Shown here: piece by piece, positions 39,376 to 54,222 of the stretch
Layout of the letters: each line of letters starts with the position of its first letter
Position numbering within the stretch: the stretch's first letter is position 1
NCBI GenBank assembly: GCA_044892525.1
Contig: CM097885.1
Span: 50,470,001-50,534,000 of the forward strand
Length of the DNA: 64,000 nucleotides
Source: Schmidtea polychroa
Taxonomy: Eukaryota
Direction of reading: 5' to 3'
Position numbers and translations under genes: made by a program
Notes under the pieces: model-generated
The model's database searches: none
The model's input: the letters and a program-made list of their open reading frames with translations, nothing else
What the model was told of the DNA's origin: nothing

Positions 39376-41178
39376 ATTAATTAATTATTTTATTAATTTT
39401 TTAATTCAATTTAATTATTAATCAAAATATAATTTAATAATTATTTAATAATCAATCAATTGATTTTATAAATTAATTTATATATTTTCAAATAGTGAAA
39501 ACCATTATTAGTTGAAAAATTTTAATTTATTCATTTTGTTAAGAGATTTAATTAAGATATTTTATATCTGATGATGAATGAGTTGACCATCTTTGGGGAA
39601 TTAGATTTCAAAAGCATATTTAATTAAACTTTTTTGGAAAAATAGTCATTAAAATGAAAGAAATTTATTTACTTCAAATAAATTTTTGATTTTTCAGTAA
39701 ACGAAAATTAAAATAATTTTTTAAATTTTAGTAAATTGAGAATGTAGTGTAGAAACATCAGATGCGTAATATTAATTAACTGCATTCAATAAACTCCTTA
39801 ACGCATTCAACCGAGTTAAAAAACTGAATTTTTTCCACTCACCGAATTAACTTTGATTTCACATATAATTTCACTCGGATATATCCACTAGACAGTTTTG
39901 CACCTGTTTCCTTTTAGTCGAAAGAAGTCGCTGTCCGACTCAATTAGCAAGTTGAGATAATAATAAAATTAACAGAATAAAAATAATAGGAAAAAAATTG
40001 ACCGCTTCTTGACTTTTTAGTGGTGTCTTAAACTGGGTTTCTTTTTTTAAAAATTTTTTTTATTATATTATTATAAAAAACAGAATCAACCAAACTGAAA
40101 TATGCAATTCAACAATAATATAACAAAAGTTTTAAGTACAATAGCTTACAGTTTTTCCAGAAATGTTAGTAAAAAAATGAAAAATACCCATTTAAAGATT
40201 TTGACTTTTTAATTTATTCTAAAATCTATCGATTATTATGCTTACATTTACAGAAAAAAAATATTTATAGAAATTATATCAGATAATCCATCTACAGATT
40301 ATTTCTAAATACTAGTGATATTCGAAATATTTTAATTTGTTTATAGATTTAAAGATAATAATTAATATTAATAAATGTAATAATTAATATAAAGAATTAT
40401 ATCAATATTTTTTTTCATGAATATTTTTTTTAATTTAAATTTTCATTTCCATTACATACTTGAGCTAATTAAAAAAATTTTAAATGGATATTTAAATAAT
40501 AATATAAATTTCAAAATTTTCTAATCTATTCATTTGTTTGAATTATATTTTTATAAATAATTCCGCTTTCAATAAGTTAATTAAAAAAATACAAAACAAA
40601 TGTTGCTTTGGTAGTCCATATAATTAATTTTTAAATTTCTACAAATGTATATTATACATATAAACGATTTTAGTTGTAAGAGAAACTAGAAAAATACTAA
40701 TTTGGGAAATAATTTTTCATTATGTTTTTATTTACAATTCAACAAAATTAAAGCACGAAACTATTTATTTTTAAGATATTTAATTAATATAAAATATATA
40801 AAATATTAAATATATAGAATATTAAATTAATTATATATAAAATATTAATTATTACTGTGATCATGAAAAATCAATTTGGGGTAATGAAATTTTTAAAATA
40901 TAATATTTAGACATTATTTTAGAAAAAAAATTTAAAAAAAATTTCGATACAGCTTTTATTTATCATTTTAATTTGATTATTAAATATTTAATATAAATTT
41001 CGCAAAAAAATATTTAATAATTTTTTTAGAAACAAAATAATTACTAATTAAAATTTAAAATTAAGAAAAATTTATTAAATTTCAAGATCACTATAATGAT
41101 TCTAAGTTGAAAGAGTTTTTCTTTGGACCATATGGAATTTACAAGTATTAAGAGTTTAAACATTAATATTAATAAAAA

Positions 41179-41370
41179 TCGCCATTCGTACATCTTTTTC
41201 ACTATATATTTCAATTGCATCACTATCATCATCAGGTTACCTACATTCACGACGGATAATAATACTATATTGATAATATAGTATAGTTATTCATCCTTTG
41301 TGAATGTAGGTAACCTGATGACGATATGATGCTATCGAAATATATAGTGAAAAAGATTTACGAATGGCGA
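41179..41370. repeat. Imperfect ~190-bp palindrome with a hammerhead motif in each arm
   Basis: Plus arm: AC-CTGATGA-C-GATA/TATC-GAAA-TATATA-GT at 41313-41348; inverse copy at ~41200-41237. Confidence 0.75.
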
Positions 41371-41393
41371 ATTTTTGTATAAAATACAGAACA

Positions 41394-41466
<73 letters not shown>

Positions 41467-42225
41467 AAATAAATTAAGATTTTGAATTGAAATAAAAATA
41501 AAAATAAACTATAAGAAGTTTTTTTCAAATTTTACCACTGAATTCCTTTCCATTGACATTGTATTTATTAAAAATAACGCCTCATTAAAAATAGTGATTT
41601 GTACGTTTTCTCATTGAAAATTAATATATTTATAAATCCTATGTTAAAAGAATTAATAATTAACCATGAAATTCTGTAAAATGAAAAAACAAATTTTTTT
41701 AAAATTTTTTATTTATCTGCTTTATGTATTTCAAACCGCTAAACCTGGAATATTAACATGACAGAAAATGATTCGTTAGACATGCCAGTCCAGGATGACA
41801 GATGCAAAAATTATTCACTGAATAACCTATAAATTAATTTCTAACAGCACAAACAGTTTTTTTTATCCCATGCACTTAGAGGTGAAATATCATTTTCCAA
41901 GCTGTCCAATTGAATTCGACAAAAAAAAATCCAGTCAGTTTCGTTAAAAACAACTAGAAAAAAAATTATAATTATTTAATTTTAATAATTACCCTGGTTC
42001 ACATAAGTTTGTTTTAATAGAAAAGAGAACTATTGTCAGATTGGTATTTTTCTATTTTCCTAAAAATTCTTTTCCTCCAACTCTTTTCTACTTATCAGTG
42101 TAACAACTTTAGAAATCAGTCCGATATCCATTTATGATATCTGAAGCTCAATATAACAATTTTTTATCAATTTAATTACTTTTTATCAGTTCTGAAAATC
42201 GGGAAAGAAAGTAAATTCAATTTCA

Positions 42226-42519
42226 ATGTCAACACCTGGATTGATAAATCAGTATCCCACGATAATGTCTGGAATTCAACACAATTATTCCGTGAATAAT
42301 CTACAATTTCCCCAAAACGGACAATTGTCTCATCCTATTGCCCTGACTGGACTTCCTTCTTTGCCGTTTATTAATACTTGCGATTTCAATGCGCAACTCA
42401 TGTCGCCGATAAATTACAATATTATCAGTGAACTCAAATCCAGTCCCATTATTGAAAACACGAATCCAAAGAATTCTAATGAAAGTTGTCTATCAATAAG
42501 AATTCTAATGTCAGGAAAA
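42226..42519 (+). CDS. Poly(rC)-binding protein (PCBP/hnRNP E/mub-like) KH-domain gene, first coding exon
   Basis: ATG at 42226; ends LSIRILMSGK|GT (cf. PCBP LTIRLLMHGK). Confidence 0.85.
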
Positions 42520-42591
42520 GTAAGAATATTAATTTTTTCAATATAAAAATCATCGTAATTAATCTCTTATTTTCCTCATCGGCTCAATCAG

Positions 42592-42615
42592 GAAGTTGGA
42601 AGCATTATTGGAAAA
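42592..42615 (+). CDS. PCBP-like gene, 24-nt exon EVGSIIGK
   Basis: CAG/GT bounded, phase 0; KH1 signature. Confidence 0.88.
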
Positions 42616-42677
42616 GTCAGTTTTTTTTGTTTTAATTTCCAAACATGTTTTATTGATTGTTTTAAATTCGTTTTTAG

Positions 42678-42710
42678 AGAGGAGATAATATCAAAAAATT
42701 CCGAGAAGAG
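42678..42710 (+). CDS. PCBP-like gene, 33-nt exon RGDNIKKFREE
   Basis: TAG/GT bounded; completes the GxxG loop. Confidence 0.88.
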
Positions 42711-43464
42711 GTAAATAATTTTTTTATTTTTATTAATTAAATCTCATTGAAATCTACGACAAACCTCTAATAGATTTTAATAATATTTGACAATTTTAAT
42801 TGGGCTATTGTGAGATTTATTTTTGATTTTCTTTTCCCAAAAAAATGGGAAATATTCAGGCATTGATATAGTAAATAATCATAGGTAGGAAAAATTATTA
42901 TTATTTCTATTTCATTGATAAGCAGTTGATTAATTTTCAAATGGAAGGAATTTTTTTTATCCGAAGTTTTTGAAATGTGATTTATACAGCGAGAAACGCT
43001 TTTTGACAGATGATTATCAATTTAGAAGAAAAATAAATTGTTTTAATAATATTAATTTTATTGAGCATTCATGCCAGTATTTCAGTTCGAGTTATTTTGC
43101 AATATTTGCAATGCAATAACACAATAAAACAATCAATGTACAAGGCGATTCATATTTAATGACCAACTCATTTTCTTTATCCAAATTTACATATATAAAA
43201 TAAATGATAAAAATACAAACGTAATTCCCAAACCTGCTTTCAAGCATTGTTAAACAGGCGTAATATTTGTTAATTCATCTAATTTTAGTTTCATTCGACA
43301 ATCTATTAGAAATCTTTCTAAACTTTATCAATTAAAATTCCTAATTAAAATAAGTTACAATTGTCAATTTCGAAAAAAGTAAGCCACATATCCTAATTCA
43401 CCCATTGAATAAAATGTCATTCAAATTTTGTTTCAAAACACACTGAAATAAGTTATGTTCTGAT

Positions 43465-43655
43465 CAGTGGCGTAACTAGGGGGGGCAGGGGGGCAGGGGG
43501 ACATTTGTCCCCGGGCGCCAAAATTAGGGAAGCCAATTTGGAACAAAAATTAAGTAATAAATTATTCTTAAGATCTAAGACATTAATATATTTTTTATTA
43601 AAATCTGTTAAACCTGTTTCGTTATTCGTCATTAATATTCTTTAAAAAATTAAAT

Positions 43656-43734
<79 letters not shown>

Positions 43735-43788
43735 GGGCGCTAATTTCTCAGTTGCCCCCAGGCGCAAGAACCTCACGGTACGCCAATG
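43465..43788. mobile_element. hAT-type MITE with an internal (AT)n tract
   Basis: Perfect 8-bp TSD gttctgat; TIRs CAGTGGCGTA / TACGCCAATG. Confidence 0.85.
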
Positions 43789-44099
43789 GTTCTGATTTCA
43801 AATATAAGCCCAAATATTTATTTAATACGGCGATATCAAATGGTATTTTTATATAAACCCTTTAAATTAGCCATTCTTATTAATCCTGTCTGGATTTTTC
43901 AACTTTGAAAATTTTTATCAGATAAAATGAGGTCAAATTATGACATTTCCATGGCTGATTTCAAATGTGATAACAGAATTTCTCTATCCCATCATGATTT
44001 CAAAATAATCATAAGAGTAAAAATAAAAGTATTGAATAACATTTACAAAATTGAAAAGAGTTGACATCGATAAATTGGATTAATTGGTAATATATTTCT

Positions 44100-45050
44100 G
44101 GCTTTGGCTTGTTTCTGACATGGATTTTGACTAACATTTGATAACAATAATAAGCGATCATGCTGGTAGATATATCCGACCATGGAACCTTTCAACTTGG
44201 TTTTCACTATTTTTCCCACAATGTTCAGGAAATTAGTTTGGATAAAAATGAAATAATATTATTTGACACTCCCTGAAACATTCTAGTTGGTGGATATTAT
44301 TAAGAATATCTTTCTCCATGACATTCGGAGCTCAAATATTTCTTAGAAAAATTTTAAATAACAGCTTTGATAGAAATTCTTTTAGATATTTTCATTCATT
44401 TCCTTAATGTATTGTCACTACATAGCTTCTTTATTTCTGATTTCAATTTGCTTACGCTTGCCTAAAAGTTTACTGCAAAAATATTGAAAAGCCCTGCCAT
44501 ATGCATTCAGAGATTTTTAGAAATTATTAAACTTATTCGTAAAATAGTTGCTCCAAACCTTTATTGTCTGGCACAAAGGAGCATGGAAAATATTCTTTTA
44601 CCAAAGTTGAAAATACTTTCTTGATGTCCATTTGGTTTGGGTATCAAAATGACATGATAAATTTCAATTTTTTGATAGCAGCCTTATTATTCAAACATAA
44701 TTGAAATTACTTTTAGATCTGTATAAATCAAGCAATTATTATAATAATGTCATATTTTTATTCCTTTCACAAAGCTACACAAAATATTTCATGGATACGA
44801 AGACTTTTATATCAACACTGTTTTAAGGCTAATTTTAAAAGAATCAGAGTAATACCTCTTTCCACATTCTCCAGCAGCCTTTTCATATTCTTATACAACA
44901 CTACAAACTTTTTATATCAAATTGCTTCTTAAATCCAGCATTTTATGATGAGAAAGTTGTTCCTTTCTCATGATAGTTACCCTCACTTAATTTTGATGCT
45001 AACAACTGAGAACAATTCAAAAACCCTCTACTTGGAAAACAATTTGTACG
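44100..45050 (-). pseudogene. Possible non-LTR retroelement RT relic
   Basis: Fragments VILIPKPNG, LNAYG and YIYQH; heavily broken. Confidence 0.3.
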
Positions 45051-45769
45051 AAATAAAAATCTTGTATGTTGATAGATATAGACGACTTTCATTACTATGA
45101 ATATCAGAATAATATAAATATTTAGATGTGGTTGAAGGCACAGAAATAGAATTATATTTTTGCATTAGGAATAAGTCGAATAACAAATACCAAAATTTGT
45201 ATAATTAATATTGGATCATTTTACTTAATGAAACTTTTTATGGTTCCGATACAGTCATTCGCATGAGCTTATAGTTATTTTATGATCATGTAAATTTCAA
45301 ATGACTGGATTTTTCCTAGACCTCATTCACAGTTTAGAGACATAAGATCATAATGCTATATGATGAACGAAATTCTTATCTTGACCACCCCTTTTCATTG
45401 CAAAAACGGCATAATATAACGACTTAATAAAACGTAAGCTGTGGTAATCAACGTATTTGATTTCAAGTATACTAGCATTGAGCGGCATAAATTTAAATAT
45501 TTTTAGACAAGGTTTCATTTATGAATGAAAGGTTTTCTGCATATATTAATTTAGATATTAATAAAAATAAAATTGTTAAAAATTATCAAAAATATGAAAG
45601 CAAAATAATTTTATTAATGACAGAAATATTGAAATTTTATTTTTCATAAAATTTGTCCCAAAAAGACTTTCCAAACCGTTCCACTCCAAAAACACACTGG
45701 ACGTTGATAGATATAAACTCGTTAATACATTTTACTTTAATCTTCATTTAAAACAAACGTGTCAATTTT

Positions 45770-46424
45770 TTTTTAGAATTTTTTATCTTTATATATATAT
45801 ATACTCAATTTTGTTTTTATCGAAATAAAAATGTTCCCTAAAACCCATGTAAAATAATTCGTGTAACAGCAGTGTGTAATTCCTAGAAAAATAAAAATGA
45901 CCAAATTTTTTATGAAAATAATATGATTAAAATAGAAAATAATTCTATGTTACATTTTTACATAATAATTTCATTATAATAATTTACATTATAATTTCAT
46001 TCATATTACACGAGGAATAATTTTTTAAAGGAAAAATAAATTTACATTAATTTAATTTAATAATTCATTGAAACAAAAACTTATTAAACTTATTAAAAAA
46101 CTTATTATTTTTAGAATTTTTTATCTTTATATATATATACTCAATTTTGTTTTTATCGAAATAAAAATGTCCCCTAAAACCCATATAAAATAATTCGTGT
46201 AACAGCAGTGTGTAATTCCTAGAAAAATAAAAATGACCAAATTTTTTATGAAAATAATATGATTAAAATAGAAAATAATTTTATGTTACATTTTTACATA
46301 ATAATTTCATAATAATAATTTACATTATAATTTCATTCATATTACACGAGGAATAATTTTTTAAAGAAAAAATAAATTTACATTAATTTAATTTAATAAT
46401 TCATTGAAACAAAAACTTATTAAA
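45770..46424. repeat. Tandem duplication, ~338-bp period, slightly diverged
   Basis: 45770-46088 versus 46108-46424, with a few substitutions. Confidence 0.9.
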
Positions 46425-49101
46425 TGTGAATAAATAATTTTTAATTTGTGTAACATTTTGTCAATGAAAGTATTATTTTTGACATTATTTATATATTCAA
46501 TTAATGTTTTTTTCGAAGATTTCAGTCACGAATTTCGTTATTTCGTGTTGATTTATTCTTAATGTATTGTTAATTACCTATAAATAATGTCACCCAATTC
46601 GGATACTTTCCAGCTTCTTCCTATACAATATAATGTATTCGAATAGTTTGTTTTTTACTTATTCCATTAAATCCTGAGTGAAGTGCAAACCCCTTTAACA
46701 ATTTTACTGTTTCCTTTATAAATTTGATTTTATCCTAGCAAATTGCTTTATATTTCTTATAACAGTAAAACAAAATATATTTTAACTTGTTAGGATTTAA
46801 TTAATATATAGTTATCTATAAATTATTTTCAAGTCCAACATCATTTGACTAACATCTTAAAATTAAATCAAAGGTTTTCATAAAAATAATTGACATTAAA
46901 ATTAAATTTATTTAAAATATTATGATCACTTTGAATTGAATCATAATAATAATATTTAACCACAAAACAATTATAATTTTAAACATTGATCATAGTTAAG
47001 AAGCTCTGAATTTAAGCATCCGAAAATATAAATTCGTATTTTAAAAGATTAAATAAATTAAATAAAAAAATAATTTTTCTAAAATTAACTCGGAATTTAT
47101 ACAAAGTAGTTTTAACGAAGACATTTATTCTTTTTTACTAATATAAATATTGTTTAGTGAGTTGGAACATAATTTTTATTTAAAAATATGCATTTATTTT
47201 GGATTTTATTTATTTTTAATATTCAAATTAAATAAATAAATTTTTTAAATTAGGAAATTAGAAAATATGACAACATAAAAATTTAATTAAGACATTATAT
47301 TAATTAAATATTACATTTCCCAATATAAGTAGCAGTTTTAGAAATGGAGAATAAAGAGAAGTTGAAGAGTTTTATATAACATTTAAATAAAAAAACGTCC
47401 TGTAGAAGATTAAAAATGAAAGTTGAGGTAAAATTTTCATTTTAGTGGAATGTTAATAAATCAAAGACAGGCGCAAATGTTGGGTAAATTCACAAAAAAC
47501 TACTAAATACAAAGCCCGTCTGATGATAGTCATATTTGTTGTGTATATGTAACTGAGTGTCTGTGTGGCCACCTCTCGGTTAGACATTAGGTTTTCATAT
47601 GTAGAAATAGATGAATTATTCTATTATGACAAAGTTTTACAAAAACAGGTGTTGTGATAATGTCTTTAAATAATAGGATTTTGACAGAATAATTGTAAAG
47701 TTTAGTGAGAAAAAAGAAAATCTTACAATAAATGCAATACAATCAAAGTAAAAATAGGAATAAATATCTGAAATATGCATTGCGCCGTTTGATACGCGGT
47801 GAATCGCTATTGATAATAAATTAAAACTAAATTAAAATTAAAGGTTGAAAGAAAAAGATAGATGATTTAACTGTCAAAAAATAATTGTTTCAAATATAAA
47901 GATTCCACGAGAATTTATTTTACTATTTAACACCGATTTTTGACAATAAATTTAAAGAAATGTAGTAAATGAGAAAAAATATTTTTAATTTATATCAAAA
48001 TGAAAATAACAGATTCCTAAGTCAAATAACGCAGATAAATCTATCAATTACTATAAAAAATTCCAAGTTTTATAAATTACAAATCTTTTTTATTTCAACA
48101 GTAAATATGAACATTTATGTCAAAAATATTTTTTGGTATTTTTGCATATTTGCTACTAAATTTTGTCCGATGTACTTTGGCTTTTGACACGACATCAGAA
48201 CAACTGATTTCTCTAAACATTATTTCTTAAGTGCTTGTAGAACTTTGATAATAATAGTGTAAATGTGTCTTTTAGATATAAAATTTAGTGTTTTTTAAAT
48301 TTTTTTTTCATTACATATGCTTTAACAGCTTTGGAATTTTGCTCATTTCTGATTTTAGTAATAAAGCATATTTTAATAATAAAATATATATTCAATAATA
48401 ATAATTTTTATAGCAACAAAACAACGTTTCATGTAAATATTAAATTTTCACACAATTTTAAAATGAAAATAATTTAAAAATATTTAACTTTATAATTTCG
48501 TATCTTTTACAAACATTCATTCATAGATATTTAAAATTATAATTAGATTTTAAATCTTTAGCAATCAAACATTACTTTAAATTTTTAATTCATTCAAAAC
48601 ATTTTTAAATAGCAATTTAAAACTTTAATCTTTAATTACTCCTCACTTAAACATTAATTTATTAAATAAACTTCATAAATTAAATAAATTTTATTCTTAC
48701 ATTTTTTTTAAATCTAATTTATTTAGAAATAATTATGTTAGATTTTAGAACATTATAAATAAGACTTTGTTTAATAGTTAATATTTTATTATAATCCGTA
48801 AAATGCAATGTATTTAAACAAATTTAAAATGATAATTCGATCCTATATTAAGTTTAAAAAATATATTTTATAACATCTTATACTTATTGTTATAAAATAT
48901 TAATTCTGTCCTCAAACTATGTGATAGAGAAATTCTTAAATAAAATTTTTAACTGCAAAATTTTTAATTAATAAAATAAATTGCTAAAGATATATATGTT
49001 AAATCAATGATGACTAAAGATAATGTTATTATTTTATTATTAGTATTTTATTATTTTTATGATTATTATCGAATATTATAACTTAAATCAAACATTTTTA
49101 G

Positions 49102-49218
49102 AGCATGGCTAGAATCAATATTTCTGACGGAAATTCACCAGAAAGAATCGTCACAATTTCTGGAACCTGTAGACAAATACATTATGCCATGAAGCTGATC
49201 TGTAAAAAGTTTGAAAAT
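49102..49218 (+). CDS. PCBP-like gene, exon completing KH1
   Basis: SMARINISDGNSPERIVTISG...KKFEN|GT (cf. SGARINISEGNCPERIITL); downstream KH2/KH3 exons not identified. Confidence 0.9.
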
Positions 49219-49560
49219 GTAAACCAATTTTATTATATTTTTGATTAATTAATTAAATAATTTTATAATAGTTGAAGTAAAAAAGTTTGCTTGACACAGG
49301 AATAACAGTATGCGTCAATATTAAAAACTGAATAATTGCTGAAAATCTTAAACATATATTTTTGCACATAATATTAAATAGCTCATATTTTATTCAATAT
49401 ATTAAATGCATATTATCTTCTGAATTATTAAAACTATATTTCTTAACTTTCAAATAAATTGATGATTTTAAAAATATAAAATATAAAGCAAAATAATAAT
49501 AATAATAATAATATTTATTATTTGTTATAATTATTATAATTATTATTTATTATTATCCTT

Positions 49561-49654
<94 letters not shown>

Positions 49655-51960
49655 ATTAATATTATTATGTAATTTCAAAATAAAAATATTTTATTTGATT
49701 AAAAACTGAACAAATCAAAGAAATGTTATTAGAAATGTTTTGTAAATTTAGCGATCAAGATAAAATTGGAATTTGAGGTTAAAAAAATTACTTTCTGATT
49801 AAAACTACACTTAAAAAACTACACAAGAAAAAATAATATATTTAAAAAAACACTAATTTCAATTGAAATAATCTTTAATAAACAATAAATAGTCCCGAAA
49901 TTCTCGCACAAAACAATCCTACAAAAAATAAATAAAATATGTAAAGTGCTTTTTATTTTTTACTGATTACTTCCCACTTGATCTCTTATATCCTATTCGG
50001 GTTATCTTTTTATCATTGAACTAGATTTGTATAATCAGATCTTGAAGACATTTCTGATATTGCTTTGATTTTTTGAATTATAATGAAACTTCTTACAGAT
50101 ATGTTAATATTATTTATTATATGAAATTAAAATTAAAATTGATGTTTCTAAACATTATTTAATTATTAAATTTAACTGTAACAATTTGAAAAATTAATTA
50201 ATTTCAAACAACTATTAAGTTAAATTTCATTAACGAGGAAAATATTTGGTTCACAAAAATGTTCTTTCACTGAACATTTTATGACTTAAATTAATTTTTT
50301 GAAAAATAAAGTTTTTTCAGTTATACCTTATCCAACATTACACATATACCACTCTGGTTATTTTTCGTGGAAATTTTAGAAATTTTGTGATCAATATTTA
50401 TTCGGTTTTACCTCTAAAGTTTGTTGGTATACTTTCTTATGTTTTCTAGAAAATTTTCTTTTTCAATTTTTTTCTTTTTTTGTAAACATGGTTTAGTAAA
50501 TATATTTTTCTTACTTAATAATATCCTAACATATCTTAATAAGGTCAGTTATTTATCTTTTTAAGAGTTTTCTAAATCATATATTTCCTTATAATTAAAA
50601 CAATTTTCACATTTTGTTCTAAATGTTTAACTTAGATCTTCAAATTTTGTTTATAATGATACAATAATTTCCTTTTCTTTCAATTTATATATTTTGAAAT
50701 AATTCTAAAATATATAAATTTAATATTTAGATTTTTAAAAATTGTATTAATACAAGTATTGGGTGTATAGTTTTCATTTTCAAAAGTATTTTTATAATTT
50801 ATCAACAATTATGATATTTTTTTAAAAATGATACAGTAAATTTTAACAAACCAAAAATAAGATAATAATTAATTGATTGATATATAATTATTATTTTAAG
50901 AAATTATTTCGGGAGTATTTTTTTAAAATTAAATATATTTATACGAATTGTAAAAAATTAATAAAATATTAATTGAAGCAAGTATGAGTAAAAATATTAT
51001 GATATTATGCGCATGATAAGAAATTCTTGTTTGAAAATTAAAAAAAAAATAAAATTCAAAATATATTTATAAAATATTCATTAAAAGAAATTCTCGTTTG
51101 TTTTCATTTATTTTTATTTCAACTAAGGATAGTATTAAAAATCGAAATACTAAGAATAGACTGTTGGGAATAAAAGAGGGAAAATCACGGATCTTGAAAT
51201 ATTTCCATGCGTCCATTTGTAAGTAATAAATGAATTAAATTAATAACTCAATATATAACTTAAAATATAAACATGTTTTATTGCGTATACACAAACACAA
51301 TAGTGTACAATATTAATTATAAAGTTGAAAGTCATTTTTACAACTGAACTGAATTAAAAGAAACAACAAAAATCCCGATTGAATTTTATTGTTGAACATA
51401 AATCTGTAATTATCAAGCCATCTTACAATTTGAATGTGTGAAAAAAGATAACATTTTTTTAAATGTTTTACTTGATATATAAATAATTTTAATAGATGTG
51501 AACATTTTCAACTATTGACATATAATTCGGTAGGATATTTATTCGACAATTATTTGACATCCGATATCTAAGTCTCCTCAGTACAGAACATTCCCAACAG
51601 CTAATGATTAATATATACAAAATATTTTTCATGCACTTTATTTAATAATTTTCAACTAACCGATACTTGCAATTATTCGATTGATTACATCATTTTATGG
51701 TGCAATTTCTTGATTTTTTAAATGATACTTTTTAAAAAGAAAAATTGAAACAGAATATTATTTAACCAGTCATTTCAAAAGGGGAAAATATGGACTGTGT
51801 CAAGTTTTGGTGTTATATTTATGTTTTAAATAGTTCGCTTTCACAAAATGATGATAATGTATCCATAAATTGACACATGTTTAAATATAGCTTTTTTTTA
51901 TTTGGTGGAATTAAATAAACAAACACAATAAATAACGAAAATTTACGCATTCATTTATAA

Positions 51961-52046
<86 letters not shown>

Positions 52047-52064
52047 TATTATACTTATTATTAC

Positions 52065-52169
<105 letters not shown>

Positions 52170-54222
52170 TATTATTGTAATTTAATCTGTAATAATAGAA
52201 ATCATAAATTTTATTAGAAATAATTTATGTTCTATAAAAGATGCTTATGTAGTATTAATAGGATTTTTATTTCAACAATAAAGAAGCAAGATTTTTTTGT
52301 AATTAAATACTGCAAGATTTATGTTTAACTAAAATCAATTAAGAACCAAAATGTTTTATATATTCGAAATTGCATTTGTAAAAATAGTTCGAATTTGAGT
52401 CGTAATAAATTAAGATTGAAAATTCTTTGAAACTAGATTAATAAACTCAACGGGAAATATTAATCTGACTTTTACTAATATGTATTTTATTAATTATTTG
52501 GAATTCGATTAATTAAAAATATATTAAGTTAAACTTTTGTTGTAATAATAGTAATGTAGTTTGATTAAAATTAAAATTAAAAAAGTTTTAACAAATTAGT
52601 CATTTTTTATTTAATATAAAATTATTTTGAAGTATTTTTAAAAATTTGTAAAGTCAATGAGGATTTCTTATTTATTAAATTATCGGGAGGAAGTTCATTG
52701 AGATAGAGGTGACTTTAGTAGCTTCCGTTGAGAGTTTCAAATGAAAAAGATTCTAATGCAATTTATTTTTCTCGTATTTCGCTTACGAAAATTCTTTTAT
52801 TTGTTTATAAAGATTACTTAATTTTCAATAATATTTTATTTTAATTGAAGTCTATTTATTCACAAATAAGCCTGTGATTTACAGCTATGATTATATCATA
52901 AGGATTTACACGAACTTCAGTTAGGAAATGTACAATTGGTTTACATTTTTGATATAATTCATATTATTTTCAAATGATGACTATATAATTTTATTCAATC
53001 ATAAAATATGATGAAATTATTATTTGCCAAATTATTATTAATAATCTATCGTAATTTCAGAGGTTTATTAAAAATAACTTTTTACTTCATAATTCAAATT
53101 TAAACCTTTTTCAAAAGAATAAAAATAATTTTCTTTGCATTTACCTTTACAACAAATGTTTCATGGAAAGTTAAAACAATCTATGATTTTGACAATCGGA
53201 AAAATATTTTGATTTATTTTGAATTAATTTTTTAATTATAAGCAAAATTTTTTACAAAATAATTCTAACTAACTAACTAATTCCATCAAACTAAAAGAAG
53301 TGAAAAATGTGTTTCTTGTTTTTAAAAATTAATAATGATCGAATTTTAGCAATTTATAAAAAAGAGGAATAGAATTAGTCAATTAAAATAAATTTAAAAC
53401 AATAATATAATTATCGACTCAACCATTCGTTTTACAATCTTTTTGGACAGCTTCCTTGTCATCGTGAGGTAGGATAGAAAGAACTGTAGATAATATAAAT
53501 TTTAAAAATAAATTTTACTAACTTTTCCTTAAAAAATATATTTATGAAATCTTAATTTAAATAACAAATTATTTTTTAATTTATCCTAAACATATTTAAA
53601 GAAGTTAAATTAATTTTTTATGTTTATATTTTAATACAATTTTATAAATTTTATTTTAAATAATCTACAATATATTGTAAAAGGAATGTTGTCATTGTCA
53701 TGTTTATTTAATAGTATAATTAATATATTTATTTCTTTATTTATTTACTTTAATTATTATAATTAATTAACATAATTTATTATAATTAAAAAGTATACAC
53801 ATGAATACTCTAAAAAGAAGATATATAGATTTACTTGCATATGAGACAATTTAAATTAGTAAATTCAATAGACTAAAAGAACATATTAAAAAAAACTAAA
53901 ATATTTGCCGTTAATAAGTTCATATTATTCTAAAATGTGTGAAAATTCAAACAAAGAATTGTATTATTTATTGAAAATATTTTAAAGAACATTTTTTAGG
54001 CTGTTATTACTAAACTCAGCTCACAAAACACTAATATTCAAGCTTAACTTATCTCAGAGCAAAGGTTAATAGTATGCATATTTATAATCAAGATCCTTTA
54101 TAGTATTTTAGCTGAGAATAAATTTTCAAAGGTTTAAATGAGTTGATAGTGAATTTAATCAGCTTGGTAATGAACAGATGAAAAAAAAACCAATAATAAT
54201 TATGATAATAATAATAATAATA

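Noticed and set aside
47520..47545. CTGATGA as a hammerhead core (also at 39568)
   Set aside because: No helix II followed by GAAA.
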